The notes beneath the pieces are model-generated. The model saw only the letters and a list, made by a program, of their open reading frames with translations. It was not told the origin of the DNA and ran no database searches. From contig CABZLP010000003.1 in assembly GCA_902526565.1 (NCBI GenBank), forward strand, positions 8,394-72,393: a stretch of DNA of 64,000 nt, in the 5' to 3' direction. The position numbers and the translations under genes are program-made. Shown here piece by piece: positions 28,223 through 37,458 of the stretch (the stretch's first letter is position 1; every line of letters begins with the position of its first letter). This stretch comes from an uncultured Pelagibacteraceae bacterium. Lineage in GTDB: Bacteria; Pseudomonadota; Alphaproteobacteria; Pelagibacterales; AG-422-B15.

Positions 28223-28675
28223 ATGAGTTCTTATGTTTTCAAATCATTGATTGGCAATATGAAGGTTATCTCAAGTAATAATAAAATTACTGGCATTAGC
28301 CGAACTCGAAAAGCCGTTACCAACACTAAAGATAAACTATTACTTCGAGCAGCTTTTCAAATTAACGCCTATCTAGCACGCAAGCGACGGTCACTATCTT
28401 TTCCTACAAGACAGATGGGAACTCATTTCCAAAATCGGGTTTGGAACCACTTGAAAGGTGTTCCTTACGGTCACACTATAAGCTACGGTCAGATAGCGAA
28501 AAAGTTGAGGACATCTCCACGAGCAGTTGGTGGAGCACTAGGACGAAATAATTTGATAATGACAGTTCCTTGTCATAGGGTAATTGGCAAAAATGGCAAA
28601 TTAACTGGATTTACATCAGTTGGTGGCATAAGTACGAAAAAAAGGTTATTGCGTCTTGAAAAAAATAATAAGTAA
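28223..28675 (+). CDS. ogt: methylated-DNA--protein-cysteine methyltransferase
   Basis: 150 aa. Active-site motif VPCHRVIGKNG and an HTH-like ISYGQIAKKL. Confidence 0.85.
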   Translation: MSSYVFKSLIGNMKVISSNNKITGISRTRKAVTNTKDKLLLRAAFQINAYLARKRRSLSFPTRQMGTHFQNRVWNHLKGVPYGHTISYGQIAKKLRTSPRAVGGALGRNNLIMTVPCHRVIGKNGKLTGFTSVGGISTKKRLLRLEKNNK

Positions 28676-29207
28676 AAAAATAAAAAATTCTATAAATACT
28701 GTTCCCGACTTTCCTAAAAAGGGAATCATGTTCAGAGATATAACATCCTTAATAAAAAATACGAAAGTATTTAAGACGGTTGTTGACGAAATTGTTAAAA
28801 TAGCAAAAGAAAAAAAAATTAATAAAATAGTAGGCATAGACTCGAGAGGTTTTATTTTTGCAGCACCTATAGCCTATAAGATGAATATACCTCTTATTTT
28901 AGTTAGAAAAAAAGGAAAGTTACCAAGTATTTCATATAAAGTTAAATACGCTCTAGAGTATGGTTTCGATGTTCTAGAAATTAATAAAGACTCAATTAAT
29001 AAAACAGATAGAATTATGGTAATTGATGATTTAATTGCTACTGGCGGTACAGCTCTAGCAACTTCGAAACTTATCTCTAAATCTAGCTCAAAAAAAATTA
29101 ATTTTGTTTTTGTTATAGAGTTAGAAGACTTGCCTGGAGTAGCAAAGATTAAAAAATTAGGGCATACAGTAAAAACATTGTGTAGTTTTAAGGAAGAAGA
29201 AAAATGA
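28656..29207 (+). CDS. apt: adenine phosphoribosyltransferase
   Basis: 183 aa. DFPKKGIMFRDIT and the PRPP motif IMVIDDLIATGGTA. Confidence 0.93.
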   Translation: MKKIISKKIKNSINTVPDFPKKGIMFRDITSLIKNTKVFKTVVDEIVKIAKEKKINKIVGIDSRGFIFAAPIAYKMNIPLILVRKKGKLPSISYKVKYALEYGFDVLEINKDSINKTDRIMVIDDLIATGGTALATSKLISKSSSKKINFVFVIELEDLPGVAKIKKLGHTVKTLCSFKEEEK

Positions 29208-30088
29208 CCATTAAACTTGGAATCATAGGAGGTAGTGGTTTATATAACTTCGCAGAAATGAATGAAAAAAAGTGGCTACCTCGTAATGAAGGGCCATTTG
29301 GTTTTCCATCTGATGAGATATTATTTGGAAAAATAAATGAAACTGAAGTATTTTTCTTACCACGACATGGGAGAAATCATGTTTATTCTCCAACTACAGT
29401 CCCTTATAAAGCCAATATTGATGCTCTAAAAAGACTGGGATGCAATGTACTTATTTCAATTTCTGCAGTTGGATCGCTTCGTGAAGATCTTGCTCCAGGA
29501 ATGTTTGTGATCGTTGATCAATTTATAGACCGTACATTCGCAAGAGAGAAAACTTTTTTTGACAAAGAGGTAGTAGCACATGTATCTATGGCTCAGCCTA
29601 TTTGCACAAGCACCGCAAAAATAGTTATGAAAGCTGCTAGGAGTTTATCAATTAAAACTGTTTTTGGTGGAACTTATCTTGCGATGGAAGGTCCTCAATT
29701 TTCTTCATATGCTGAATCGCAATTATATCGTAGTTGGGGATGTGATGTCATTGGAATGACAAATATGCCTGAAGCAAAATTAGCAAGAGAAGCTGAAATG
29801 AGATATACATCTATTGCTATGGTGACAGATTTTGATTGTTGGCATGAAGCTGAGGGAAATGTAGAAGTAACTGATATAATTAAAGTATTACATGAAAACG
29901 CATCCAACGCTAAGCTTCTCATAAAAGCATTTGTAGAAAATTACAAAAAAGATTACTCACAAGAGATAATAGATGGAATTGACAATGTTCTTGATACCGC
30001 AATTATAACTCAAAATTTTTCAGAAGAAACTCTTATAAGATGTGGGTTAGATGCAATAGCAAGTCGGATAATTAATGCGGGTAAATAA
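29204..30088 (+). CDS. mtnP: S-methyl-5'-thioadenosine phosphorylase
   Basis: 294 aa. GIIGGSGLY, FLPRHGRNH, CDVIGMTNMPEAKLAREAE. ATGA overlap with apt. Confidence 0.9.
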   Translation: MTIKLGIIGGSGLYNFAEMNEKKWLPRNEGPFGFPSDEILFGKINETEVFFLPRHGRNHVYSPTTVPYKANIDALKRLGCNVLISISAVGSLREDLAPGMFVIVDQFIDRTFAREKTFFDKEVVAHVSMAQPICTSTAKIVMKAARSLSIKTVFGGTYLAMEGPQFSSYAESQLYRSWGCDVIGMTNMPEAKLAREAEMRYTSIAMVTDFDCWHEAEGNVEVTDIIKVLHENASNAKLLIKAFVENYKKDYSQEIIDGIDNVLDTAIITQNFSEETLIRCGLDAIASRIINAGK

Positions 30089-31151
30089 TAAAAGTTATAA
30101 ATCAATATGGATTGATGATGATACAAGAATATTCATTATTGATCAAACGTTGCTTCCTTTTACTTTCAAAATAATAGAATTAAAAACACTTGAAGATGTG
30201 ATAAACGCTATTGACAATATGCAAGTTAGGGGAGCGCCCCTGATTGGAGTAACTGCTGCGTTTGGAATGTATTTAGCCATGCAACAAAGCAATTCTAAAA
30301 TAGATCTAGATAATGCTAAAAAGCAGCTGATCGCAACAAGACCTACTGCTATAAATTTAAAATGGGCCATAAATCAAATTGAAACAGAATTATTAAGTAT
30401 TGATCCTAATCAAAGGGCGGCAGCCGCATTAGAAATAGCGAAAAAGATGAGTCTTGATGACGAGAAAGTTAATATGAAGATTGGAGAATTTGGATACAAA
30501 TTAATTGAAAATATTTACAAAAAGAAGAAGGGAACGATCAACATTTTAACTCACTGTAATGCTGGTTGGCTAGCTACAGTGGACTGGGGAACAGCTACTG
30601 CGCCTATATATAAGGCTAGAGACAACAATATACCGGTTCATGTCTGGGTCGATGAAACAAGACCCAGAAATCAGGGCTCACAATTAACTGCTTGGGAACT
30701 TCAGCACGAAGGAATTAATCATACAATAATTCCAGACAATACTGGCGGCCATTTGATGCAAAAAGGAATGGTTGACATTGTAATTGTAGGGAGCGATAGA
30801 ACAACTTTTAAAGGAGATGTTTGCAACAAAATCGGTACATATCTTAAAGCATTGGCAGCCAAAGATAACAATGTGCCTTTTTATGTTGCTCTTCCATCAT
30901 CTACAATTGATTGGGAAACTGAAAATAGTGAAAAAATTGTTATTGAAGAGAGAAGTGAAGATGAAATTCATTATATTCGAGGTAAAGACTTAAATGAAAA
31001 TATTGTCAATATTCGAATTACGCCTGATAAAAGTAGAGGATCTAACTTCGCATTCGATACTACACCATCAAAATATATATCGGGACTAATTACCGAAAAT
31101 GGCATTTGTTTAGCTAGCGAGAATGATATAAGGGATAAGAATGCGAAATAA
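30075..31151 (+). CDS. mtnA: methylthioribose-1-phosphate isomerase
   Basis: 358 aa, eIF-2B alpha/beta/delta-like. MQVRGAPLIGVTAAFG, THCNAG, ETRPRNQGSQLTAWEL, VIVGSDR. Confidence 0.9.
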   Translation: MRVNNKSYKSIWIDDDTRIFIIDQTLLPFTFKIIELKTLEDVINAIDNMQVRGAPLIGVTAAFGMYLAMQQSNSKIDLDNAKKQLIATRPTAINLKWAINQIETELLSIDPNQRAAAALEIAKKMSLDDEKVNMKIGEFGYKLIENIYKKKKGTINILTHCNAGWLATVDWGTATAPIYKARDNNIPVHVWVDETRPRNQGSQLTAWELQHEGINHTIIPDNTGGHLMQKGMVDIVIVGSDRTTFKGDVCNKIGTYLKALAAKDNNVPFYVALPSSTIDWETENSEKIVIEERSEDEIHYIRGKDLNENIVNIRITPDKSRGSNFAFDTTPSKYISGLITENGICLASENDIRDKNAK

Positions 31152-33165
31152 TTTTTCAGACAAGCTGTTGAACATGACAAAAAAGAAATCTTTGAACACT
31201 AGTATTTCTGACGATTTAATGGATCGCATGTATACGTCAAGACTGCTAGGACAAAACCCTAATTTAGTACTTCATGGGGGTGGCAATACATCTGTAAAAA
31301 GTAAGAAAAGAGATTTAGATGGAATCCTTCACAATGTTATCTTTGTAAAAGGGAGTGGCTCAGACCTATCGACAATCCAGGAAAAAGATTTCCCAGCAGT
31401 TAAATTGGATCCATTATATAAAATTATCAAAAGAAAATCTCTATCAGATGAACAAATGGTTAATTACCTGAGAAAAAATTTGATTGATGTAACGTCACCT
31501 AATCCCTCTGTGGAAACTTTAGTACATGTATCAATCGACAAAAAGTTTGTAGATCATACTCATTCGAATGCAATTTTAGAAATCACGAATCGTAAAAATG
31601 GTTTGTCTCTATGTAAAAAAATTTTTGGAGACGAGATTTCTGTAGTTCCATACGTAATGCCTGGGTTTGTTCTTGCAAAAAAAGTTGATGAAATTTACAA
31701 ACAAAATTCAAGTGTGAAAGGTCTGATACTTTATAGACATGGCATTTTTACATTTGGGGATACGGCCAAAGAATCATATTCAAGAATGATAAGTTTAGTA
31801 ACTAAAGCAGAAAAATTCTTAAAAAGCGAAAAGCAAAAAAATTTAAAAATATTAAGGCCCACTAAAAAACCATTTAAACCTCATCTTTTATCACCAATAG
31901 TACGTGGATTGGTTTCAACAGAGACAAGCTATATAGTGAAATTTAGAAGTAATAAAAAAATTCTTGATGTTATTAATTCGAAAAACGCTAAGAGTTTTCT
32001 TTCAAGGGGGGTGATAACACCTGACCACGTTCTGAGAATTAAACCAAAATTTTTGGTCATTAACGTTGATGACTGCAGAAATTTATTATCGATAAAAGAG
32101 AGAATTTCTAAAAAAATTACTGAGTTTAAAAATGACTACAAAAAGTATTTTAAAAAATACAACAATCCAAAACTTAAAAACCAAATGCTAGACCCCGTAC
32201 CCCAAATCATTGTTATTCAAAATGTAGGTGTGTTTTCTGTCGGAAAAAGCTCAAAAAATGCATTAATTAATGGTGATGTCGCTGAAATGGCGATCAAAAC
32301 AATTGGTAATTTAGAAAAGAAAACTTCATTCGAAAGTATATCACTTAAAGATATTTTTGATGTTGAATATTGGAGTCTTGAACAGGCAAAATTAAACAAA
32401 ACTTCATTACCACTATCAGGCAAAGTATCATTAATTACAGGTGGAACAGGTACTCTTGGTCTAGCTATTGCAGAAAAATTTAGGAGTATGGGTTCTGAGG
32501 TGATCTTACTTGATGTTAACAAAAAACAACTCGAAGACCAAAATCTTAGGAAAAAATTTAGCTTGTACTTATGTGATGTTACGAGAAGAGAAAGTTTTAA
32601 AAAAGTCTTAGATCGTATTTGCTTAGAGTATGGTGGACTTGATTTTGTTATCTCTAATGCTGGAAGCGCTCATCAAAGTGAAATTGCAAAACTAAATGAC
32701 TCAGACCTAAAGAAGAGTTTTGAATTAAATTTTTTTGCACACCAAATTGTTGCTTCTGAGAGTGTTGAACTAATGAAAACGCAAAATATTGGTGGTTGTC
32801 TCTTATTCAATATTTCAAAGCAAGCAATTAATCCTGGAAAAGATTTTGGGGCATATGGCACATCCAAGGCAGCATTGTTAGCTTTGTGCAAACAATATGC
32901 CTTAGAGTATGGAAGTATCAACATACGATCTAACGGGGTAAATGCTGATAGAATAGAAAGTGGGCTATTAACAAAAACTATGATTAACAAAAGATCTAAA
33001 TCAAGAAAAATCACATCAGATGAATATTTAAAAAGCAATTTGCTCAAAAAGAAGGTTCTGGCAGAAGATGTAGCAGAAGCTTTTTATAATTTGTCGATTT
33101 CAAAAAAAACAACTGCCGCTGTTTTAACAGTTGATGGTGGCAATATTGAAGCTTCTCTGAGATAA
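31141..33165 (+). CDS. bifunctional class II aldolase/adducin-domain + short-chain dehydrogenase fusion (YuxG/RhaEW-type architecture)
   Basis: 674 aa. N-terminal LVLHGGGNTSVK and zinc-ligand-like VDHTHSNAI. The C-terminal SDR has TGGTGTLGLAIA (TGxxxGxG), SNAGSA and YGTSKAAL (YxxxK). An alternative start at M12 (31174) removes the 11-nt overlap with mtnA. Confidence 0.8.
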   Translation: MRNNFSDKLLNMTKKKSLNTSISDDLMDRMYTSRLLGQNPNLVLHGGGNTSVKSKKRDLDGILHNVIFVKGSGSDLSTIQEKDFPAVKLDPLYKIIKRKSLSDEQMVNYLRKNLIDVTSPNPSVETLVHVSIDKKFVDHTHSNAILEITNRKNGLSLCKKIFGDEISVVPYVMPGFVLAKKVDEIYKQNSSVKGLILYRHGIFTFGDTAKESYSRMISLVTKAEKFLKSEKQKNLKILRPTKKPFKPHLLSPIVRGLVSTETSYIVKFRSNKKILDVINSKNAKSFLSRGVITPDHVLRIKPKFLVINVDDCRNLLSIKERISKKITEFKNDYKKYFKKYNNPKLKNQMLDPVPQIIVIQNVGVFSVGKSSKNALINGDVAEMAIKTIGNLEKKTSFESISLKDIFDVEYWSLEQAKLNKTSLPLSGKVSLITGGTGTLGLAIAEKFRSMGSEVILLDVNKKQLEDQNLRKKFSLYLCDVTRRESFKKVLDRICLEYGGLDFVISNAGSAHQSEIAKLNDSDLKKSFELNFFAHQIVASESVELMKTQNIGGCLLFNISKQAINPGKDFGAYGTSKAALLALCKQYALEYGSINIRSNGVNADRIESGLLTKTMINKRSKSRKITSDEYLKSNLLKKKVLAEDVAEAFYNLSISKKTTAAVLTVDGGNIEASLR

Positions 33166-33214
33166 CTAATTGTTATTGATTTTGTATAAAGATGAAGAGT
33201 AATTATTGGTTTGG

Positions 33215-34474
33215 TTACTTATTCATTGATTGAAAGAAATCAGAGTTATCTTTAGTTTCTTTCAATTTTCCAAGCAAGAATTCAATGGAGTCCATAGTTC
33301 CCATTGGGTTAAGAATACGTCTCAGAACATACATTTTTTGCAGTTCATCTTTATCCAGTAGTATTTCTTCTTTTCGAGTACCAGACTTGGTTATATCAAT
33401 CGCAGGATAAATTCTCTTATCAGCAACTTTTCTGTCCAATATGATTTCTGAGTTACCTGTTCCTTTAAATTCTTCAAAAATAACTTCATCCATTCTACTG
33501 CCTGTATCAATGAGGGCAGTAGATATAATCGTTAAAGAACCTCCATCTTCAATATTTCTTGCGGCACCAAAGAACCTCTTTGGTCTTTGCAATGCATTAG
33601 CATCAACACCACCAGTTAAAACTTTTCCTGAACTTGGAACAACTGTGTTGTATGCACGACCTAGTCTCGTAATTGAATCGAGCAGGATCACAACATCCTT
33701 TTTGTGTTCTACTAATCTTTTTGCTTTGTTAATAACCATTTCAGCAACTTGTACGTGACGCGATGCTGGTTCATCAAATGTTGAACTGACTACTTCACCC
33801 TTTACGGAACGTTGCATGTCTGTCACTTCCTCAGGTCGTTCATCAATTAACAATACCATCAAATAACATTCAGGGTGGTTATCTGTAATGGAGTGTGCAA
33901 TGTTTTGTAGTAGTACTGTTTTGCCCGTTCTTGGGGGTGAAACTATAAGGGCTCTTTGACCCTTACCAATTGGTGAAACCAAATCTATAACTCTCGCGCT
34001 TTGATCTTTGTCGGGCTTTTCTGTTTCTAGCTTAATTTGTTCATCAGGATATAGAGGTGTTAAGTTATCAAAGTTAATTTTATTTCTACTTTTGTCAGTA
34101 GCCTCATAATTGATAGTATCAATCTTTAATAAAGCAAAATATCGTTCACCTTCTTTAGGAGCTCTAATAGGACCTTCAACTGTATCCCCTGATCTTAATC
34201 CAAATCTCTTGATCTGACTGGGACTAACATAAATATCATCTGGACCAGGCAAATAATTTGCTTCCATTGATCTAAGAAAACCAAAACCATCTTGTAGGAC
34301 CTCTAAAACACCTTCTCCGTCTATATCCTTTTTGTTTGCTGCAAGAGATCGTAATATCTCAAACAGCATATCTTGAGTACGCATAGAACTGGCGTTTTCA
34401 ACACCCGTTTCTTCAGCATATTTTAGAAGTTCTTGTGGAGTTTTTTTCTTAAGTTCTCTTAATTTTAAGCTCAT
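33215..34474 (-). CDS. rho: transcription termination factor Rho
   Basis: 419 aa. Rho N domain, cold-shock-like RNA-binding GFGFLR, Walker [18 protein letters not shown]. Confidence 0.97.
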   Translation of the reverse strand: MSLKLRELKKKTPQELLKYAEETGVENASSMRTQDMLFEILRSLAANKKDIDGEGVLEVLQDGFGFLRSMEANYLPGPDDIYVSPSQIKRFGLRSGDTVEGPIRAPKEGERYFALLKIDTINYEATDKSRNKINFDNLTPLYPDEQIKLETEKPDKDQSARVIDLVSPIGKGQRALIVSPPRTGKTVLLQNIAHSITDNHPECYLMVLLIDERPEEVTDMQRSVKGEVVSSTFDEPASRHVQVAEMVINKAKRLVEHKKDVVILLDSITRLGRAYNTVVPSSGKVLTGGVDANALQRPKRFFGAARNIEDGGSLTIISTALIDTGSRMDEVIFEEFKGTGNSEIILDRKVADKRIYPAIDITKSGTRKEEILLDKDELQKMYVLRRILNPMGTMDSIEFLLGKLKETKDNSDFFQSMNK

Positions 34475-34654
34475 ACTTTTTTGGATATAGAATTAATTTT
34501 TTTTTTTTGGAAAGTGTAAAAGAGATTGCCTTCTAACTTTAATTTTTTATTATAGCAAGGAATAAATCTGTTAAATAAGATAGATATATTGGTACAATTA
34601 ACTTAAATTATTGAAATTATTAAATAAAGTATTACTATATTTAAATTCTAACTA

Positions 34655-35179
34655 TCAAATTTCTGATATCTTTTTAGCAAATTGCTCTACTTTTTTCCAA
34701 TTTGTGAAGTCATATGTATTAGACAAGTCGGTAGGGCCTGAAGTAAGCCACATAATAAAACGAATTATATGCTTATCAAAAAAACCGTATCTTGGATAAT
34801 CGATTTTCCCAGCAAACACTGATATTTCCTTTGGGTTCCATTGAGAAAGTTCTAAAAATTTTTTTGTGTAGGGGTTTGTCAATGGTGAACCCTTCTCTGA
34901 ATTTCTTGCTACAGCGTTCACGCTGAAGAAGGCATTCTTTTTAGCTTCAAGTACTGAAATATTTTTTTTTATAAATTTGTATAGTTCCTTCTTATGTTTT
35001 CCGTATCTAATGCTCGCACCTATAACTATCCTATCAAACATCATGAGATTTTCATCAAATGCCTGATTTAAACTTATGAGTTTTGTATGAGATGAGTTAT
35101 TTAAGATGCTGGCAATATGGTCACAAATTTTTTTTGTATGACCGTCTGTTGTTGAATATATAACTAAACACTTTTCCAT
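34655..35179 (-). CDS. hemG: protoporphyrinogen IX dehydrogenase, flavodoxin-like HemG type
   Basis: 174 aa, collinear with E. coli HemG as I remember it: LVIYSTTDGHT, DRIVIGASIRYGKH, FFSVNAVAR, the HemG-specific insert, IDYPRYGFFDK. Confidence 0.85.
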   Translation of the reverse strand: MEKCLVIYSTTDGHTKKICDHIASILNNSSHTKLISLNQAFDENLMMFDRIVIGASIRYGKHKKELYKFIKKNISVLEAKKNAFFSVNAVARNSEKGSPLTNPYTKKFLELSQWNPKEISVFAGKIDYPRYGFFDKHIIRFIMWLTSGPTDLSNTYDFTNWKKVEQFAKKISEI

Positions 35180-35185
35180 GGTATT

Positions 35186-36190
35186 TTACATAACTGAGAT
35201 ATGTTCGTGCAACAGTGTATTAATAAAATTAATTTGCTCATCCGAGTCATTTAGACATGGTATATAGTGAAATTTATTACCACCTGCTTTTAAAAATATT
35301 TCTTTATTTTCCTCGTCAATTTCTTCAATTGTTTCTAGGCAATCAACACTAAAGGCGGGAGCAATTACCATGATATCCTTTATGCCTTCAGAAGGAAGTC
35401 GTTCCATAGTCTCACTTGTGTAAGGCTTCAGCCACTCTGCTGGCCCAAAACGAGATTGAAAAGTTGTGATGTATTCTTCTTCTTTCAAGTTTAATTTTTC
35501 AGCAACTAGGCGAGTAGTTTTTTGACAAAAGCATTGGTAGGGATCGCCTAATGTAAAATTTCTCTTGGGTATACCGTGGTACGTAAAAATTATTTTTTGT
35601 GGCATGTGATCAGAGATTTTATTTTTTATAGTTGCGACCAAGCCAGATATGTAACTATCATGATCGTGGTAGCTGTTTATGAAATTAAGAGCAGGAACCC
35701 ATCTCCACTTGGAAAGAACTCGGGTTACCTCGTCAAAAACACTACCTGTTGTTGTCCCTGAATACTGAGGAAACAACGGGAGAATTATAAGACTTTGACA
35801 ATTCTTACCCTTAAGTGAAAGAAGTGCTTTTTCCATATTAGGCTTCCCGTAGCGCATAGCTAGTTCAATTTCTATATTTTCTGGAATTGTTCTTTTTAGT
35901 TTTTCTAATATTCTCTCGGAGTAAACAAGAAGTGGTGATCCCTTGTCTGTCCATACTGATTTATAAAGCTTTGCTGATTTTGCTGGACGAAAAGTAAGGA
36001 TTATTCCATATAAAATAAACCACCAAATAAATTTTGGAATTTCAATGACTCTACCATCTGATAAAAATTCTTTTAAGAAAATTCGAACGTCGCGAGTTTT
36101 ATAACTTTCTGGTGTCCCTAAGTTACAAATAAGAACTCCAATTTTTTTTTGTCTTCCATGTTCATACTCTTGTGTACCAATAAATTTCAT
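35186..36190 (-). CDS. hemH: ferrochelatase
   Basis: 334 aa. GVLICNLGTP, LPLFPQYSGTTTGS, FTYHGIP, IAPAFSVDCLETIEEI. Confidence 0.93.
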   Translation of the reverse strand: MKFIGTQEYEHGRQKKIGVLICNLGTPESYKTRDVRIFLKEFLSDGRVIEIPKFIWWFILYGIILTFRPAKSAKLYKSVWTDKGSPLLVYSERILEKLKRTIPENIEIELAMRYGKPNMEKALLSLKGKNCQSLIILPLFPQYSGTTTGSVFDEVTRVLSKWRWVPALNFINSYHDHDSYISGLVATIKNKISDHMPQKIIFTYHGIPKRNFTLGDPYQCFCQKTTRLVAEKLNLKEEEYITTFQSRFGPAEWLKPYTSETMERLPSEGIKDIMVIAPAFSVDCLETIEEIDEENKEIFLKAGGNKFHYIPCLNDSDEQINFINTLLHEHISVM

Positions 36191-36199
36191 TTTTTTCTT

Positions 36200-37183
36200 T
36201 TAGTTATTTCTTACCTTTTGTACAAGTCTCTCCACATTTTTTATTGGCGTCTCAGGAAGAACACCATGACCTAGGTTAAAAATATGCGGGTAATCACGAA
36301 AGGCAAGTAAAATTTCTTCTAGGCCTTTATCCATTTCATCACCCCCTTTTAAGAGAAGCTTTGGATTTAGATTGCCTTGATATGAAATGTTTGGATTTAA
36401 TAAGCTGAGTTGTTGTAGATTAAAATTATAATCTAAACAAACACAATCGAGTTGGTTTATAAATGAGTAATTTTTATAGCCGCTTGTGCTAGCGTTTCTG
36501 GGGAATCCAATTATTGGTATATCGGATTTACTTTTGATTTCTTTTACTATTTTCAGGGTTGGATTTACAACCCATTTTTCAAAGAGGTAATCGTCAAGAT
36601 CACCAGCAGCAGATTCGAATATTTGAAACGCATCTATGCCGGCGTTTACTTGTTGCATTGTATAATTAGAAATTATGGCGGTGAGATCATTAATGTAATT
36701 GTCTATTCTTTTTTCATTTTTATAAATGAGATCTTTGTTCATCTGAGATCTTTCCTCTTTATCAAACAAACAATATGATAAAGTTGTCCAAGGTCCACCT
36801 ACAAAGCCTATTAGAGGAATTTTTGATATATTTTTTATGTTTTCTATACCCTTTGTAACTGGATCTAGTTTATGTGATTCAAATTTAAATTTCTCATTGA
36901 ATTTAACTAGAGGCCCCATTCCCTCTTTAAAACCTACATCACATCCAGACGCATAGGGAACCATTAGTATATCAGAAAACACTATACAGGCATCTAATCT
37001 ATATCTTTTAACTGGTTGAAGAGAAATCTCTGTTATCAATTCAGGATCAAGGAACATTTCTATAAGGTCTTTATATTTTTGTCTTATTTTAATATATTCC
37101 GGCAAGTGCCTTCCCGCTTGTCTCATTAACCAAATGGGGGTCTTTGTTTTTTTGCCTTTTAATGTTTCTATAAAAATACTCAT
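36200..37183 (-). CDS. hemE: uroporphyrinogen decarboxylase
   Basis: 327 aa. N-terminal TPIWLMRQAGRHLPEY, and the C-terminal FNLGHGV. Confidence 0.93.
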   Translation of the reverse strand: MSIFIETLKGKKTKTPIWLMRQAGRHLPEYIKIRQKYKDLIEMFLDPELITEISLQPVKRYRLDACIVFSDILMVPYASGCDVGFKEGMGPLVKFNEKFKFESHKLDPVTKGIENIKNISKIPLIGFVGGPWTTLSYCLFDKEERSQMNKDLIYKNEKRIDNYINDLTAIISNYTMQQVNAGIDAFQIFESAAGDLDDYLFEKWVVNPTLKIVKEIKSKSDIPIIGFPRNASTSGYKNYSFINQLDCVCLDYNFNLQQLSLLNPNISYQGNLNPKLLLKGGDEMDKGLEEILLAFRDYPHIFNLGHGVLPETPIKNVERLVQKVRNN

Positions 37184-37458
37184 ATAATATATATATAAGG
37201 TAGTATTAGTTTATGTACCTGTGATGATGTGTATATATAAAAACCCCTTACTTGCCCACAAATCAATACATGGCTTTAACAGGGATATTTAGGGCATTTG
37301 TGATACTGCCCACAAGGTAGAATAATAGTTGAGGCATTATCCACAGGTGGATGAAAAGTAAGAAAATATGGGATAAAAAGGCCAAAATATTGTAAATATT
37401 TAAAAATAGTAAGCATATAATATATATCCACACTGATTACTCAGGTTGTTAATAACTT
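37184..37458. other. putative chromosomal replication origin (oriC)
   Basis: 275-bp gap between divergent hemE and maf. Four same-orientation DnaA-box-like 9-mers: TTGCCCACA 37252-37260, CTGCCCACA 37306-37314, TTATCCACA 37337-37345 and ATATCCACA 37424-37432. An inverted TCATCCACC on the minus strand lies at 37346-37354. TA-repeat stretches (37183-37200, 37229-37244) could serve as unwinding elements. The hemE-ori-maf/aroE/coaE/dnaQ neighbourhood is the one described around Caulobacter and Rickettsia origins. Confidence 0.7.
37337..37345 (+). promoter_or_regulatory. perfect consensus DnaA box TTATCCACA
   Basis: Read directly. It abuts the inverted near-box at 37346-37354, forming the palindromic core CCACAGGTGG. 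Confidence 0.75.

Noticed and set aside
37184-37458. CtrA-type TTAA-N7-TTAA sites in the putative origin.
   Set aside because: I checked each TTAA (37276, 37400, 37449). None has a second TTAA at the required spacing. The closest is TTAA-N7-TGAA, overlapping the maf start.
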